From the NCBI GenBank assembly GCA_964473815.1, contig CAYYQK010000004.1:4493-68492 (forward strand): 64,000 nucleotides of DNA. The letters run 5' to 3'. Under the pieces are notes generated by a model. The model did not search any database. It saw only the letters and a program-made list of their open reading frames with translations, and was not told the DNA's origin. The translations under genes were made by a program, and so were the position numbers. The DNA comes from an uncultured Candidatus Saccharibacteria bacterium. Lineage in GTDB: Bacteria; Patescibacteriota; Doudnabacteria; UBA920. This document shows, one piece after another, positions 49,994-59,014 of this stretch (the stretch's first letter is position 1; every line of letters starts with the position of its first letter).

Positions 49994-51175
49994 TTACTTT
50001 GTCGATTCCTTCACTGCGACTGTTTTAGCATCTTTCTCCAAAATTTTCGGTTTCGGAGGAAGAAGTGTTTTGTAAACCTCGCTTGCGATTCGCGAGGCGA
50101 CTCTCCCCTTTTGACCTTTACCGTGAGTGATCACGACAACGGCGTATTTAGGGTTACCGATTGGGGCAACGGAAGCGTTCAAGCCAATCCCTGTGTGAAC
50201 CGAATTAGATCGGTCTTTGCAGGTTCCTGTCTTGGCGGCTGCATCGAGATCCGGGTTAGTTTCCCCGAGAACGCGGGCAGTGCCGTCAGTGGCTGATCCA
50301 CGCATTCCTGGGATCATACCCTGGAAGCTTTGGATTGGCAGATCGACCTGCTCTGCAACGGATTCGTTCTTTGAATCGACTGACGTCGGAAAGTAAGGCT
50401 TAACCTTTTTCCCGCCGTTGGCGATTGTAGAGACCATCCGAGCAAGCTGTATGGCCGTAACTTCCACGCCATCACCTTTCCAGTAGGCGCCCGACCCAAA
50501 TTTTCCTGAAGGTAGTTTGCCGGGGCTTTCTGAAGGTAAATTGATTCCTGTGGGAGATCCTAGGCCGAGCTTTAAAGCAGTTGCCCGAAACGTTTCCGGA
50601 CCAACCTTACGTCCCAAGAGTTCGAAGAAAGAATTGTCGGACTTTGCCAGTGCAGTTGCCAAAGTTTTGGAACTGCGACTACCAATAATCTTCCCATCGG
50701 CATCGAGAGCGCCGGCTTGTAGGCCAGCAATCCCTGTAACCAACTTAATAGTCGAGCATGGCTTTATGGGCTCGCGAACGGCCATATCGGAATTAACCAT
50801 TGCCTCGATTCGCCCGGTTTGGGCATCCATGACGACAACGGTTCCAACATTGTTTCCAAGTGCAGCGACCGCAGCTTCCCGGATTTTTGGATCCTGGACT
50901 GCAATATTGTCTTTAGAAATGTTAGTGACGGCTTCGGTTTTGAGTCCAGATTCGAACGCAACCTGCCGGCGATACGCAGCAGCTGCAGCAGCCCGACGGG
51001 CGGCTTCAGCTTTGCGAACCATAGCAATTCGGCGAATCAGTTCTCGTTTGCTAACTTTAGTTACCTTATGCTTTCGTTCTTTGCCTTTGCCGTCTGTAGC
51101 TCGCTCAGCGCGAACACTCAGAGGCACAAATGCTAAGGTGGAAAAAATAAGTGCTAAAACAAAAAATCGTTTCAT
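49994..51175 (-). CDS. Secreted transpeptidase-domain-only penicillin-binding protein
   Basis: SxxK (STIK), SxN (SDN), KTG; signal peptide and basic N-terminal helix. Confidence 0.88.
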   Translation of the reverse strand: MKRFFVLALIFSTLAFVPLSVRAERATDGKGKERKHKVTKVSKRELIRRIAMVRKAEAARRAAAAAAYRRQVAFESGLKTEAVTNISKDNIAVQDPKIREAAVAALGNNVGTVVVMDAQTGRIEAMVNSDMAVREPIKPCSTIKLVTGIAGLQAGALDADGKIIGSRSSKTLATALAKSDNSFFELLGRKVGPETFRATALKLGLGSPTGINLPSESPGKLPSGKFGSGAYWKGDGVEVTAIQLARMVSTIANGGKKVKPYFPTSVDSKNESVAEQVDLPIQSFQGMIPGMRGSATDGTARVLGETNPDLDAAAKTGTCKDRSNSVHTGIGLNASVAPIGNPKYAVVVITHGKGQKGRVASRIASEVYKTLLPPKPKILEKDAKTVAVKESTK

Positions 51176-51304
51176 TTTGGCCTCCTGTGTACATGAAATT
51201 TATGTGAAATTCATCACATATTAATTATACGTTGCTTATTCTGTTTCGCAACATATTTTGTGGAAAATCTGCATAGAAAGCTAAAGGCTTTCTAGTTGGT
51301 CACT

Positions 51305-51428
51305 AAAAAACCCGCGAAGTTCGCGGGCTTATCAGTGCCCCCAATCCGAGTAACCGAAATCAGGAGCCCGAGTCTCAAAATTAGCTTGCGCTAAGTGAGT
51401 AATAAATCGCACCCTTTACGAGCACGAC
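51305..51428 (-). ncRNA. Candidate structured sRNA or leader
   Basis: TTGACA (51463-51458) and TATCAT (51439-51434) upstream; three hairpins then terminator cccgcgaa-c-ttcgcggg-T6. Confidence 0.45.
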
Positions 51429-51502
51429 AACTTATGATACCCTATTTGATAGGGTTTTGTCAAGAATTCCATTTTTCCCATAAGGAGGCTAGTTTTTCGC
51501 AT

Positions 51503-51934
51503 ATGAGTCTACACTTTACCGTAACCGTCCCCAAAGGGTCACTCGAGCGAGCGGATGAGATCAAACAGGAACTGGAGAATCAATTCAATACCCCGGATTC
51601 AAAAGTCCATGTACTAATTTCCGTGTTCCGTCCAGACGGTGAGGCAGGCTATGTACAACGGATGGTCGAAATGAACAGCAGAATGAGTGATGGCATGATC
51701 ATAAGCAACGTGAGCTCGGAGATACTGCTCTCGGAATTCGCTCTAGAGTATGCCCGAAAAAAAGACCGGTTATGTGTGCTTTTCGAGGCACCACGACCGG
51801 AAATGCTCATGAGCATGGCCGAAACAGATCGGGTGAAGAATTTGATCGTCCTCAAAAACACATCCGCTGACGAACTGGTCACCTGTTTTAAAGAAAACGT
51901 GACTATTTCACCGGTAGCCGTGCCTTTGGTCTGA
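51503..51934 (+). CDS. Hypothetical protein, weak resemblance to nucleoside 2-deoxyribosyltransferase/DNPH1 fold
   Basis: SDGMII..SEFALEYARKKDRLCVLF; TAAGGAGG upstream. Confidence 0.5.
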   Translation: MSLHFTVTVPKGSLERADEIKQELENQFNTPDSKVHVLISVFRPDGEAGYVQRMVEMNSRMSDGMIISNVSSEILLSEFALEYARKKDRLCVLFEAPRPEMLMSMAETDRVKNLIVLKNTSADELVTCFKENVTISPVAVPLV

Positions 51935-52016
51935 ATGATCAGATTATTCGCGGCATTAACAAAAAGCGCCCAGGCAATCTTTCGAGATTACTTGCGCGCT
52001 TTTAATTTTGTGTTAT

Positions 52017-53699
52017 TTAGAAACCCATTCCACCCATGCCACCTGGCATGCCGCCGCCCATTGCTGCAACTGCAGCGTCGGACTTTGGTTCTGGCTTATC
52101 TACTACAATAGTTTCTGTGGTTACGAGAGTTGAAGCAATTGAAACTGCGTTTTCTAAAGCGAGTCTGGTAACTTTTACTGGATCGACGATTCCTGCGGCG
52201 ATCATGTCATCTTTCTTGCCTTGTTCCCACTTCATTTCATCATAGTTTGCAAAGTCGAATCCAGCGTGCCCTTGTGTGCTTTGGACATAGTTGATGATTG
52301 CGCTTGGTTCAGCACCGGCGTTTTCGGCAATTTGTCGTAGAGGAGCTTCGAGTGACTTGCGTACGATCATTGCGCCGCGCTTTTCGTTTTCTTGGAAGTA
52401 GTCGCCGCGGGAAATGCTTTGTTCCAGCACGGGCGCGATCTTTGCTAATGCCGCGCCACCACCGGCAACAATCCCCTCTTCGACTGCAGCGCGAGTGGCA
52501 TTTAGAGCATCTTCGATTTTGAATTTCTTGGCTTTCATTTCAGTTTCTGTAAACGCGCCAACTTTGATTACCCCGATGCCGCCGCTTAAGCGAGCCATGC
52601 GTTCTTGTAATTTTTCTTTATCAAAATCTGAGCTGCTTGCTGCTGCTTCTGATTTTATTTGTGCCACGCGAGCATCAATTTGTTCGCGAGGTCCAGCCCC
52701 ATCAACAATGGTAGTGTGCTCTTTGGTAGCGATTACTTTGCGAGCGCGACCAAGTTGATCCAGCTCAGTTTTATCAAAAGTAAGACCAAGGTCAGAAGTA
52801 ATTACAGTTCCGCCAGTCAAAACAGCGATATCAGCAAGTTGTTCTTTGCGGCGATCGCCAAAGCCTGGAGCCTTTACGCCAAGTACAGAAAATGTGCCAC
52901 GAAGTTTGTTTAGCACAAGAGTTGTGAGCGCTTCGCCGTCGATGTCATCAGCGATAATTACTAATTCCTTTTTACCAGTCTGCGCAATTTTTTCGAGCAA
53001 AGGCAAAATGTCCTGCACGCTAGAAACTTTTTTGTCTGTAATTAAAATGTATGGGTCGTCCCACACTGCTTCCATGCGTTCGGTGTTGGTAACCATGTAT
53101 CCGGAAATGAAGCCACGGTCAAAGCGCATACCTTTTACAACTTCTTTTTCAAGGCCAATGCTTTGACCTTCTTCAACAGTTACAACGCCGTCGTTGCCGA
53201 CTTCTTCCATAATTTCGGCAATAAGTTTGCCCACTTCTGCATCTAAAGAAGAAATTGTAGCAACTTGTTGTACGCCTTCACCACTCACAGTTTGCTTAAC
53301 TTTATTTAGTTCTTCCACAACAAACTTCACGGCCTTGTCCATACCGCGCTTAAGATCGTTGGCCTTAAAAGTGTTACGTTCCAATTCTGAAAAAGCTTCT
53401 TCGATCATTTTTTGTGCTAAGACTGTGGCGGTGGTTGTGCCGTCCCCAGCATCTTCGTTAGTTTTGTTGGCAACCTCCTGGATTAAAGATACGCCAATGT
53501 TTTGGAAACGATCTTCGAGTTCTAATTCTTTGGCAACAGTAACTCCGTCATCGGAAATTGTTGGGCTGCCGTAACTGCGATCTAAAATTACTGCTTTTCC
53601 GGTTGGTCCAAGTGTAACCTTAATTGCGTCAGCGGCAATGTCGACGCCTTCCTTAATTGCTTTTTTGGCTTCAAAGCCAGTCTTGATAATCTTGCTCAT
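52017..53699 (-). CDS. groL: Chaperonin GroEL
   Basis: VTLGP, GDGTTTAT, KAPGFGDRR, GGM tail. Confidence 0.98.
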   Translation of the reverse strand: MSKIIKTGFEAKKAIKEGVDIAADAIKVTLGPTGKAVILDRSYGSPTISDDGVTVAKELELEDRFQNIGVSLIQEVANKTNEDAGDGTTTATVLAQKMIEEAFSELERNTFKANDLKRGMDKAVKFVVEELNKVKQTVSGEGVQQVATISSLDAEVGKLIAEIMEEVGNDGVVTVEEGQSIGLEKEVVKGMRFDRGFISGYMVTNTERMEAVWDDPYILITDKKVSSVQDILPLLEKIAQTGKKELVIIADDIDGEALTTLVLNKLRGTFSVLGVKAPGFGDRRKEQLADIAVLTGGTVITSDLGLTFDKTELDQLGRARKVIATKEHTTIVDGAGPREQIDARVAQIKSEAAASSSDFDKEKLQERMARLSGGIGVIKVGAFTETEMKAKKFKIEDALNATRAAVEEGIVAGGGAALAKIAPVLEQSISRGDYFQENEKRGAMIVRKSLEAPLRQIAENAGAEPSAIINYVQSTQGHAGFDFANYDEMKWEQGKKDDMIAAGIVDPVKVTRLALENAVSIASTLVTTETIVVDKPEPKSDAAVAAMGGGMPGGMGGMGF

Positions 53700-53717
53700 A
53701 TTAATTCCTTTCTATTT

Positions 53718-54026
53718 CTAATTTTCAATTATTGCTACAGCTTGCGAGTCTTCATCATCTGCAACATAAACGATTTTAAACTTTTCTTTTTTGTTGTCTG
53801 TGCCTGGTACTTCGACTTCGGCAATGCCATATCCGTTAAAGACAACTGTGTCGCCGACTTTGATGCCATACTTAGCAATTAGTTCGCCTGTACCGACTGC
53901 TTTAACAATCCCCTGATTTGGTTTTTCGGTTTCGCTAGAAGAAGGCAAAACAATGCCGCTAGCGGTGACTTCTTCGGTGGAAAGTTGCTGTACTAAAATT
54001 CGATTTCCGAGTGGTTTGATATTCAT
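53718..54026 (-). CDS. groS: Co-chaperonin GroES
   Basis: IKPLGNRILV, TASGIVLP; upstream of groL. Confidence 0.95.
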   Translation of the reverse strand: MNIKPLGNRILVQQLSTEEVTASGIVLPSSSETEKPNQGIVKAVGTGELIAKYGIKVGDTVVFNGYGIAEVEVPGTDNKKEKFKIVYVADDEDSQAVAIIEN

Positions 54027-54086
54027 ACTTTTTTCTTAATGTTTGTTAATTATATCTAAAAAATGGGATGAAAGATACCCTTTTGA

Positions 54087-54126
54087 ATTATAGAAACTTT
54101 TAGCACTCTGTCAAGTGGAGTGCTAA
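54087..54126 (-). promoter_or_regulatory. CIRCE operator (HrcA) overlapping the sigma70 promoter of groESL
   Basis: TTAGCACTC-N9-GAGTGCTAA at 54100-54126; TTGACA 54114-54109; TATAAT 54092-54087. Confidence 0.95.
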
Positions 54127-54174
54127 ATTTTATGGTATGTTATAATTAACAGGAATTTTAAGAAGATTTTATAT

Positions 54175-54996
54175 ATGGAAGATAAAGAGAAATTGACCAG
54201 CGAAATCAATAAAAGTATTAATGATGCCGGAGCGGATGTAGGCACGAAGTCGTATCAGACTAAAGATGGCGCTGACAGCTACTTAGACTATATCGCCTCA
54301 GACGATGCCAGTGTGTTCATGCCTGTCTTAACCGATGCGGTAGTGACTCGTTTAGGCGAAAATAAAGATGCAAAAATTTTAGATGGCGGCTGTGGGCCAG
54401 GATGGCTGGCTGGGCATTTAGCAGATACTGGCCGCACTGCAGTATATGGGTGTGATACCTCAGCGCCATTAATTGAAGCTGCTAAGCAACGCTACCCAAA
54501 TGCACACTTTGAAGTTGCAGACATGACTAAGACCCTGCCCCAGGGAGACAACTTTTTTGATTTTGTTGTTCTGTCAATGTCGGTGGTAGCTTTGAATTTG
54601 GATCGGCAAAAAGAAGTGTTTCGGCAAATGTATAAATCTTTAAAGCCAGGCGGGCATATGATTTTCATAACCGTCAATCCATACTACGGATATCCGGTTG
54701 GAGTATGGAAGCGTGGATGGCTACGATTCTTACTTCGCAAAACCCCCCTATTGAAGTTGCGGCCATATCAGGAATATGTACGCGACAAAGATCGCAGTTT
54801 TGTCTGGAACAACAATTTGATCTCTTATTTCTACACTCTCGAAGAACAGACCAATGCGATTTTAGAAATTGGTTTTCAATTGTCGCACTTATTAGAAATT
54901 GCTTCTGATACCGATGCTGACCATTACAACTTGCGACATCGGTTGTATCGTTATCCAATCTTCCTGCAATTAGATTTTCAAAAACCGCTCCAGTAG
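54175..54996 (+). CDS. Class I SAM-dependent methyltransferase
   Basis: ILDGGCGPG, FDFVV, LKPGG. Confidence 0.9.
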   Translation: MEDKEKLTSEINKSINDAGADVGTKSYQTKDGADSYLDYIASDDASVFMPVLTDAVVTRLGENKDAKILDGGCGPGWLAGHLADTGRTAVYGCDTSAPLIEAAKQRYPNAHFEVADMTKTLPQGDNFFDFVVLSMSVVALNLDRQKEVFRQMYKSLKPGGHMIFITVNPYYGYPVGVWKRGWLRFLLRKTPLLKLRPYQEYVRDKDRSFVWNNNLISYFYTLEEQTNAILEIGFQLSHLLEIASDTDADHYNLRHRLYRYPIFLQLDFQKPLQ

Positions 54997-55006
54997 CGGT
55001 TTTAAT

Positions 55007-55921
55007 TTATCCAAAAAATCCTTTGAGCAAAGATTCGTGCTTGCTACCAGGATGGAAACTTAGTTCGTCTTCACGCACAAACACAAACTGATCTTGCTTA
55101 ATTCTTTTGAGCTGCATGTTGCCCAAAGTTCTTTCGACCCACCGGCCAAAACTGTTTGTAAAAAAGTTTTCAAAAAACTGCTGCATGCTAGTATTGTTTG
55201 TTAGCGCGGCTTGATCAAAACTAATATTGGGGAAAAATTGCTTTATCCAAGCTTCATTGGCTCTTTGGAAAGAATAAATTCCGCTCGCGTGTACAACGGG
55301 TCGTAACTTAGTATATTCCATGGCTTTGTAAAGATTGCGCTCAGCATCAACCTCACGGGAATTTGCTAAATAGTGATTCAAGCAAAACCGGTTAGCGATT
55401 TTGTTGCCATGCCGGCGCACACCAAAAATTTGGAACCATAACGACAGCAATGTACGCGCGGTCCACATGTAATTCGAATCGGTAATAATTAGTAAATCGA
55501 TGTCGCTATCTGGTTTTTGTTGGCCCAATGCCTGTGAACCAGCCAAAGCTATCCCGCGCACAAAAGGAATATGCCGAGTAGGAATCAAAAATTTTTTCAC
55601 TAATTTCTCGCGCTTAACTCCATATAAATAATTCACCAAGCGATCTTGAATAATTTTCTCGCGCTCTGGTAAACAATAAAAGCCTTTATCAAAAACAATT
55701 TTTCCTTCGCGTGACAGAATATGTAATTGCGTTAAAATCGTATCCATATGCACAACTGAAGGTTGTGGCGTGTTTGCAGATTCTAACTCAAAGTGATCAT
55801 CAAGTTTTGTTTGCAAATTGTTTTTCTCGGCAATTAAATATTTGTGAATTTCAAAAGACGTCAACGGGAGTTGTTGTAAATCAAAAAAACGCAAAGTATC
55901 GACAATGCGTTGCGCTAACAT
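55007..55921 (-). CDS. Pol-beta-like nucleotidyltransferase domain protein
   Basis: GSQALG..DSDIDLLII; RFCLNH. Confidence 0.7.
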   Translation of the reverse strand: MLAQRIVDTLRFFDLQQLPLTSFEIHKYLIAEKNNLQTKLDDHFELESANTPQPSVVHMDTILTQLHILSREGKIVFDKGFYCLPEREKIIQDRLVNYLYGVKREKLVKKFLIPTRHIPFVRGIALAGSQALGQQKPDSDIDLLIITDSNYMWTARTLLSLWFQIFGVRRHGNKIANRFCLNHYLANSREVDAERNLYKAMEYTKLRPVVHASGIYSFQRANEAWIKQFFPNISFDQAALTNNTSMQQFFENFFTNSFGRWVERTLGNMQLKRIKQDQFVFVREDELSFHPGSKHESLLKGFFG

Positions 55922-55934
55922 CGTTCACCTCTCA

Positions 55935-56258
55935 TTACAATCCCAACCTTTCGGCGCTGATTTCTTCCCACTCGCCGTAATTATCTTCTTTGTATACTTT
56001 TATTTTGTGAGAAAATTCTGTGTCAGATAAAATGTATTCTGTGCGCGCAGTATCGCCGGCGCGGTGGGAGTAATGCTGTTTTTTGTCTAACACAACTGGG
56101 CGATTTTCGCGCACAACTTTGTAGCGATCACCGGCAGTTGGCAAAGTAAACTCGCAGACATTATTTGTGCCATTGTCTGTTTGCTCGATTGTAACGCCCA
56201 CATCTTCAAATCTGTCTTGAGCTGACTCTATGAATTCTGCCCAGCGATCGTCTGTCAT
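55935..56258 (-). CDS. Hypothetical protein
   Basis: Coupled ORF in an operon. Confidence 0.7.
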   Translation of the reverse strand: MTDDRWAEFIESAQDRFEDVGVTIEQTDNGTNNVCEFTLPTAGDRYKVVRENRPVVLDKKQHYSHRAGDTARTEYILSDTEFSHKIKVYKEDNYGEWEEISAERLGL

Positions 56259-56740
56259 TGGTTTTGAACTTTCTTTAATGCCTCTAAAGCATGATATTTC
56301 ACGCGAGCAGAAATATCAGGCATACTCTCCACTTCCGCGGCAGTTAACCAGCGAAAGCTATCAGGATTACTCTCTTCACCTTCTTCGGGATTTATATCCA
56401 TAGTTTTACTTTTCGCTGCATACAGAAAATCTATGTGCTCATGAGTATCATTTATTCGGTGTCGGTTGATAAACATTGGCAACGGTAAATCTGTGCCATT
56501 ATCAGCATTGTTATCGTCTAAAGGAAATTCTTTCACCGGATCTGCAATGATTTCTATTTCTAAACCCACTTCTTCTTTTATTTCCTTGTGCGCAGTCTCT
56601 ACAGGATCTTGATCAAGTTCGATATGGCCGCCAGGCGCTAACCAACACTTATGTTTTTCGTGGAAGCGCAACAAAACTTTATCTCCACATACTATGTAGA
56701 CTGAGGAAGTGAAATCAATTTTGTCGTGAAGATGAGGCAT
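56255..56740 (-). CDS. NUDIX hydrolase
   Basis: PGGHIELDQDPVETAHKEIKEEVGL. Confidence 0.9.
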   Translation of the reverse strand: MPHLHDKIDFTSSVYIVCGDKVLLRFHEKHKCWLAPGGHIELDQDPVETAHKEIKEEVGLEIEIIADPVKEFPLDDNNADNGTDLPLPMFINRHRINDTHEHIDFLYAAKSKTMDINPEEGEESNPDSFRWLTAAEVESMPDISARVKYHALEALKKVQNQ

Positions 56741-56746
56741 AAAAAA

Positions 56747-57058
56747 TTATTGTTGTAATTGTTTGAGTTGACTTTGAAGGTTTTGAACATTTAAACTTGC
56801 GCCGGCTGAATCACCTTCTCCAGGACCTACTAAACCTCCGCCATAAATCGAACCAAGTGAGCTCATAGCGTAAGGAATAATGGCAAGCGCAGCAATGAGT
56901 GGCAACACTACCAAAGCTACAGTAATAATTAACTGCCACATCATGTAGTTTTTGGTCTTGCGACTAAACTTATGAATTTCTTCTAGCAGTTGTCGGTCGG
57001 TTTTTTGTTGTTCAGCTGGTGCAGAATTTTGTTGGATTGTTTTTTGTTGATTTTCCAT
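56747..57058 (-). CDS. Single-TM hypothetical protein
   Basis: ORF with one TM, in operon. Confidence 0.65.
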   Translation of the reverse strand: MENQQKTIQQNSAPAEQQKTDRQLLEEIHKFSRKTKNYMMWQLIITVALVVLPLIAALAIIPYAMSSLGSIYGGGLVGPGEGDSAGASLNVQNLQSQLKQLQQ

Positions 57059-57067
57059 AAATTTATT

Positions 57068-57283
57068 TTATCTCTGAGGCCATGGTGGACCAAATTGTTG
57101 ACCAAGTATTTCACACCATTCAAAATCCCTATCAACTTCTTGTTTTCCAATTGTTTTACATAATTGATAACCTGGTCTGGATGTAGAAAAAATTAATTTT
57201 CCCCATTTTGGAAAAGATAGAATTAAACCCACTACAACCAAAACTATAACTACGGTTATTGTCAAATATTTATTCGAAGTCAT
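57068..57283 (-). CDS. Small membrane-anchored hypothetical protein
   Basis: N-terminal TM, two Cys; abuts the mutM stop. Confidence 0.55.
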   Translation of the reverse strand: MTSNKYLTITVVIVLVVVGLILSFPKWGKLIFSTSRPGYQLCKTIGKQEVDRDFEWCEILGQQFGPPWPQR

Positions 57284-57284
57284 T

Positions 57285-58211
57285 TTATTTCTGTTCTTTG
57301 AGGCAAAAACAGGTGGTTCTTCCGCCGAGTTTCTTGCTCAAAATCATTGTACCACACCCGAGGCAGGCCTGCTTTTTCCGGCCATAAACATAGTGATGTT
57401 TGCCCATGCTCCCCCATTTTCCGTCGGTGCGCACGAAGTCACCCACGCTCGAGCCTTTGTATTTAATACCTGCTTTCAAAACCGGTTTGATTTGATCAAA
57501 CACGGCTTTCAATTCTTTTGTTGATAGACTTTCGACTTTTCGGTCGGGCCTGACGCGGGCATGATACAAAATTTCGTCACTATATATATTACCTATTCCC
57601 ACCACAACTTTTGTGTCCATAAGCGCCAGCTTAATAGGAATTTTTTTGCGGTTTTTTAGGGCAGCTGCAAAAACTTCTGACGTAAAACTTTTATCTAATG
57701 GCTCGGGGCCGTAATCTTTAAACTCTTTAACCTTATCGATGTCGGCATCTTTAACGATTCGCAAATATCCAAACTGACGCAAGTCGTTGTAATACAACGT
57801 TGAACCATCCGTGAAATAAAAAATTACATGCGTGTGTTTGGTGGGTAGTTTAACTAACGGCGCAGTTAACTTGTTTAAAATTTTGTACTTGCTGCCAGTA
57901 CGCTTTGCTTGCTCGCGATCTTCAAAAATAAATTGACCAGTCATTTTTAAGTGCACCAGCATAGACAAAGTACCATCGATATCGAAAATTAACATCTTGC
58001 CTCGACGGCGCACACTCAAAAATTTGTGTCCCGTTAGCAAAGACGCGAATTCATCAACTTTTTTCTGCGAGGCATCACGAATATTGCTAACAGTCTGTGG
58101 GCCAATGGAAATAATTTTCCCCATATTAACTACCACGCGCTTAATCTTCCGTCCCACAAGGCGCTTGTCGAGCTCACTAACAACTGTTTGTACTTCTGGA
58201 AGTTCTGGCAT
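57285..58211 (-). CDS. mutM: Formamidopyrimidine-DNA glycosylase
   Basis: MPELPEV, HLKMTG, GIGNIYSDE, C-terminal zinc finger. Confidence 0.95.
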   Translation of the reverse strand: MPELPEVQTVVSELDKRLVGRKIKRVVVNMGKIISIGPQTVSNIRDASQKKVDEFASLLTGHKFLSVRRRGKMLIFDIDGTLSMLVHLKMTGQFIFEDREQAKRTGSKYKILNKLTAPLVKLPTKHTHVIFYFTDGSTLYYNDLRQFGYLRIVKDADIDKVKEFKDYGPEPLDKSFTSEVFAAALKNRKKIPIKLALMDTKVVVGIGNIYSDEILYHARVRPDRKVESLSTKELKAVFDQIKPVLKAGIKYKGSSVGDFVRTDGKWGSMGKHHYVYGRKKQACLGCGTMILSKKLGGRTTCFCLKEQK

Positions 58212-58343
58212 GTTCTTAGTATAGCATTGACGTAAACTAGGAAAAAAGTTATATTGCAATATCCTTTTGCTCGAGATGGGAACGAGCACACCTTTAAAAA
58301 TCGTAGCCAATGATCGATTGAGATCTAGGCAATCGGAGGAAAT

Positions 58344-58925
58344 ATGGTAGATATAGCTTATGATAGACTACATGCTTGTTCGCTCCTAGAGCTAAGTGGG
58401 AATCGCCTTTTTCTGAGAGTTTTAGTAAACCTCAATCCTCGCCCAGGGATAAGGGAATTCGAAGCCAAAGTTGAAGCGGTTACAGCCGTCCGTAACAAAA
58501 GCAAAGAAATGGAACACGGCTTGTGTTCGTATCAAACTCTTGGTGCACGGGATACTATTTTTGATTCATCCTTGCAGTTTATGGATTTTGGCATGAGCAA
58601 AGAAACTAAAATCTCCACTGCTCACACAACTATTAAACACTGGGAATCCGAAGGGCACGACACTAACCTCTTTGAGACAGCGATGTCCTACAACGAAGGC
58701 CGCCATACCCCGATCTCCATCGGCCATCACAGGGTACTTTTCAGCCTAATAAGATTCCGCTGCGCGATCGAGAATTATTACTCCTACTACCAAGGGAAAT
58801 CAAATCTCGGTAGGATAAACTTGGTTTTAGCTGAGTCGATTCACGACAGGCTAGGCAGTTTCCTTCAAGTTCAGGAATCGAAAATAAGCGAAGCTTTTGC
58901 TTTGGCAAAAGATTTCATCGGTTAA
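58344..58925 (+). CDS. Hypothetical protein
   Basis: 193-aa ORF, GGAGG upstream, hairpin downstream. Confidence 0.6.
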   Translation: MVDIAYDRLHACSLLELSGNRLFLRVLVNLNPRPGIREFEAKVEAVTAVRNKSKEMEHGLCSYQTLGARDTIFDSSLQFMDFGMSKETKISTAHTTIKHWESEGHDTNLFETAMSYNEGRHTPISIGHHRVLFSLIRFRCAIENYYSYYQGKSNLGRINLVLAESIHDRLGSFLQVQESKISEAFALAKDFIG

Positions 58926-59014
58926 AAAATTCTGGATAAACTGAGGCCCGCAACTTAACACTGCGGGCTTTAATTTTATCCAAAAAGCTAATATCAATAT
59001 GCTAAACTAAACTT

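Noticed and set aside
50517-51224. 235-aa antisense ORF and other shadow ORFs (e.g. 62183-62728, 47970-48467, 26931-27416)
   Set aside because: They lie opposite well-supported genes and show no motifs.
57285-57370. MutM zinc finger with fourth ligand Glu (CLKE) as a sign of a pseudogene
   Set aside because: The ORF and catalytic motifs are intact; likely a tolerated variant.
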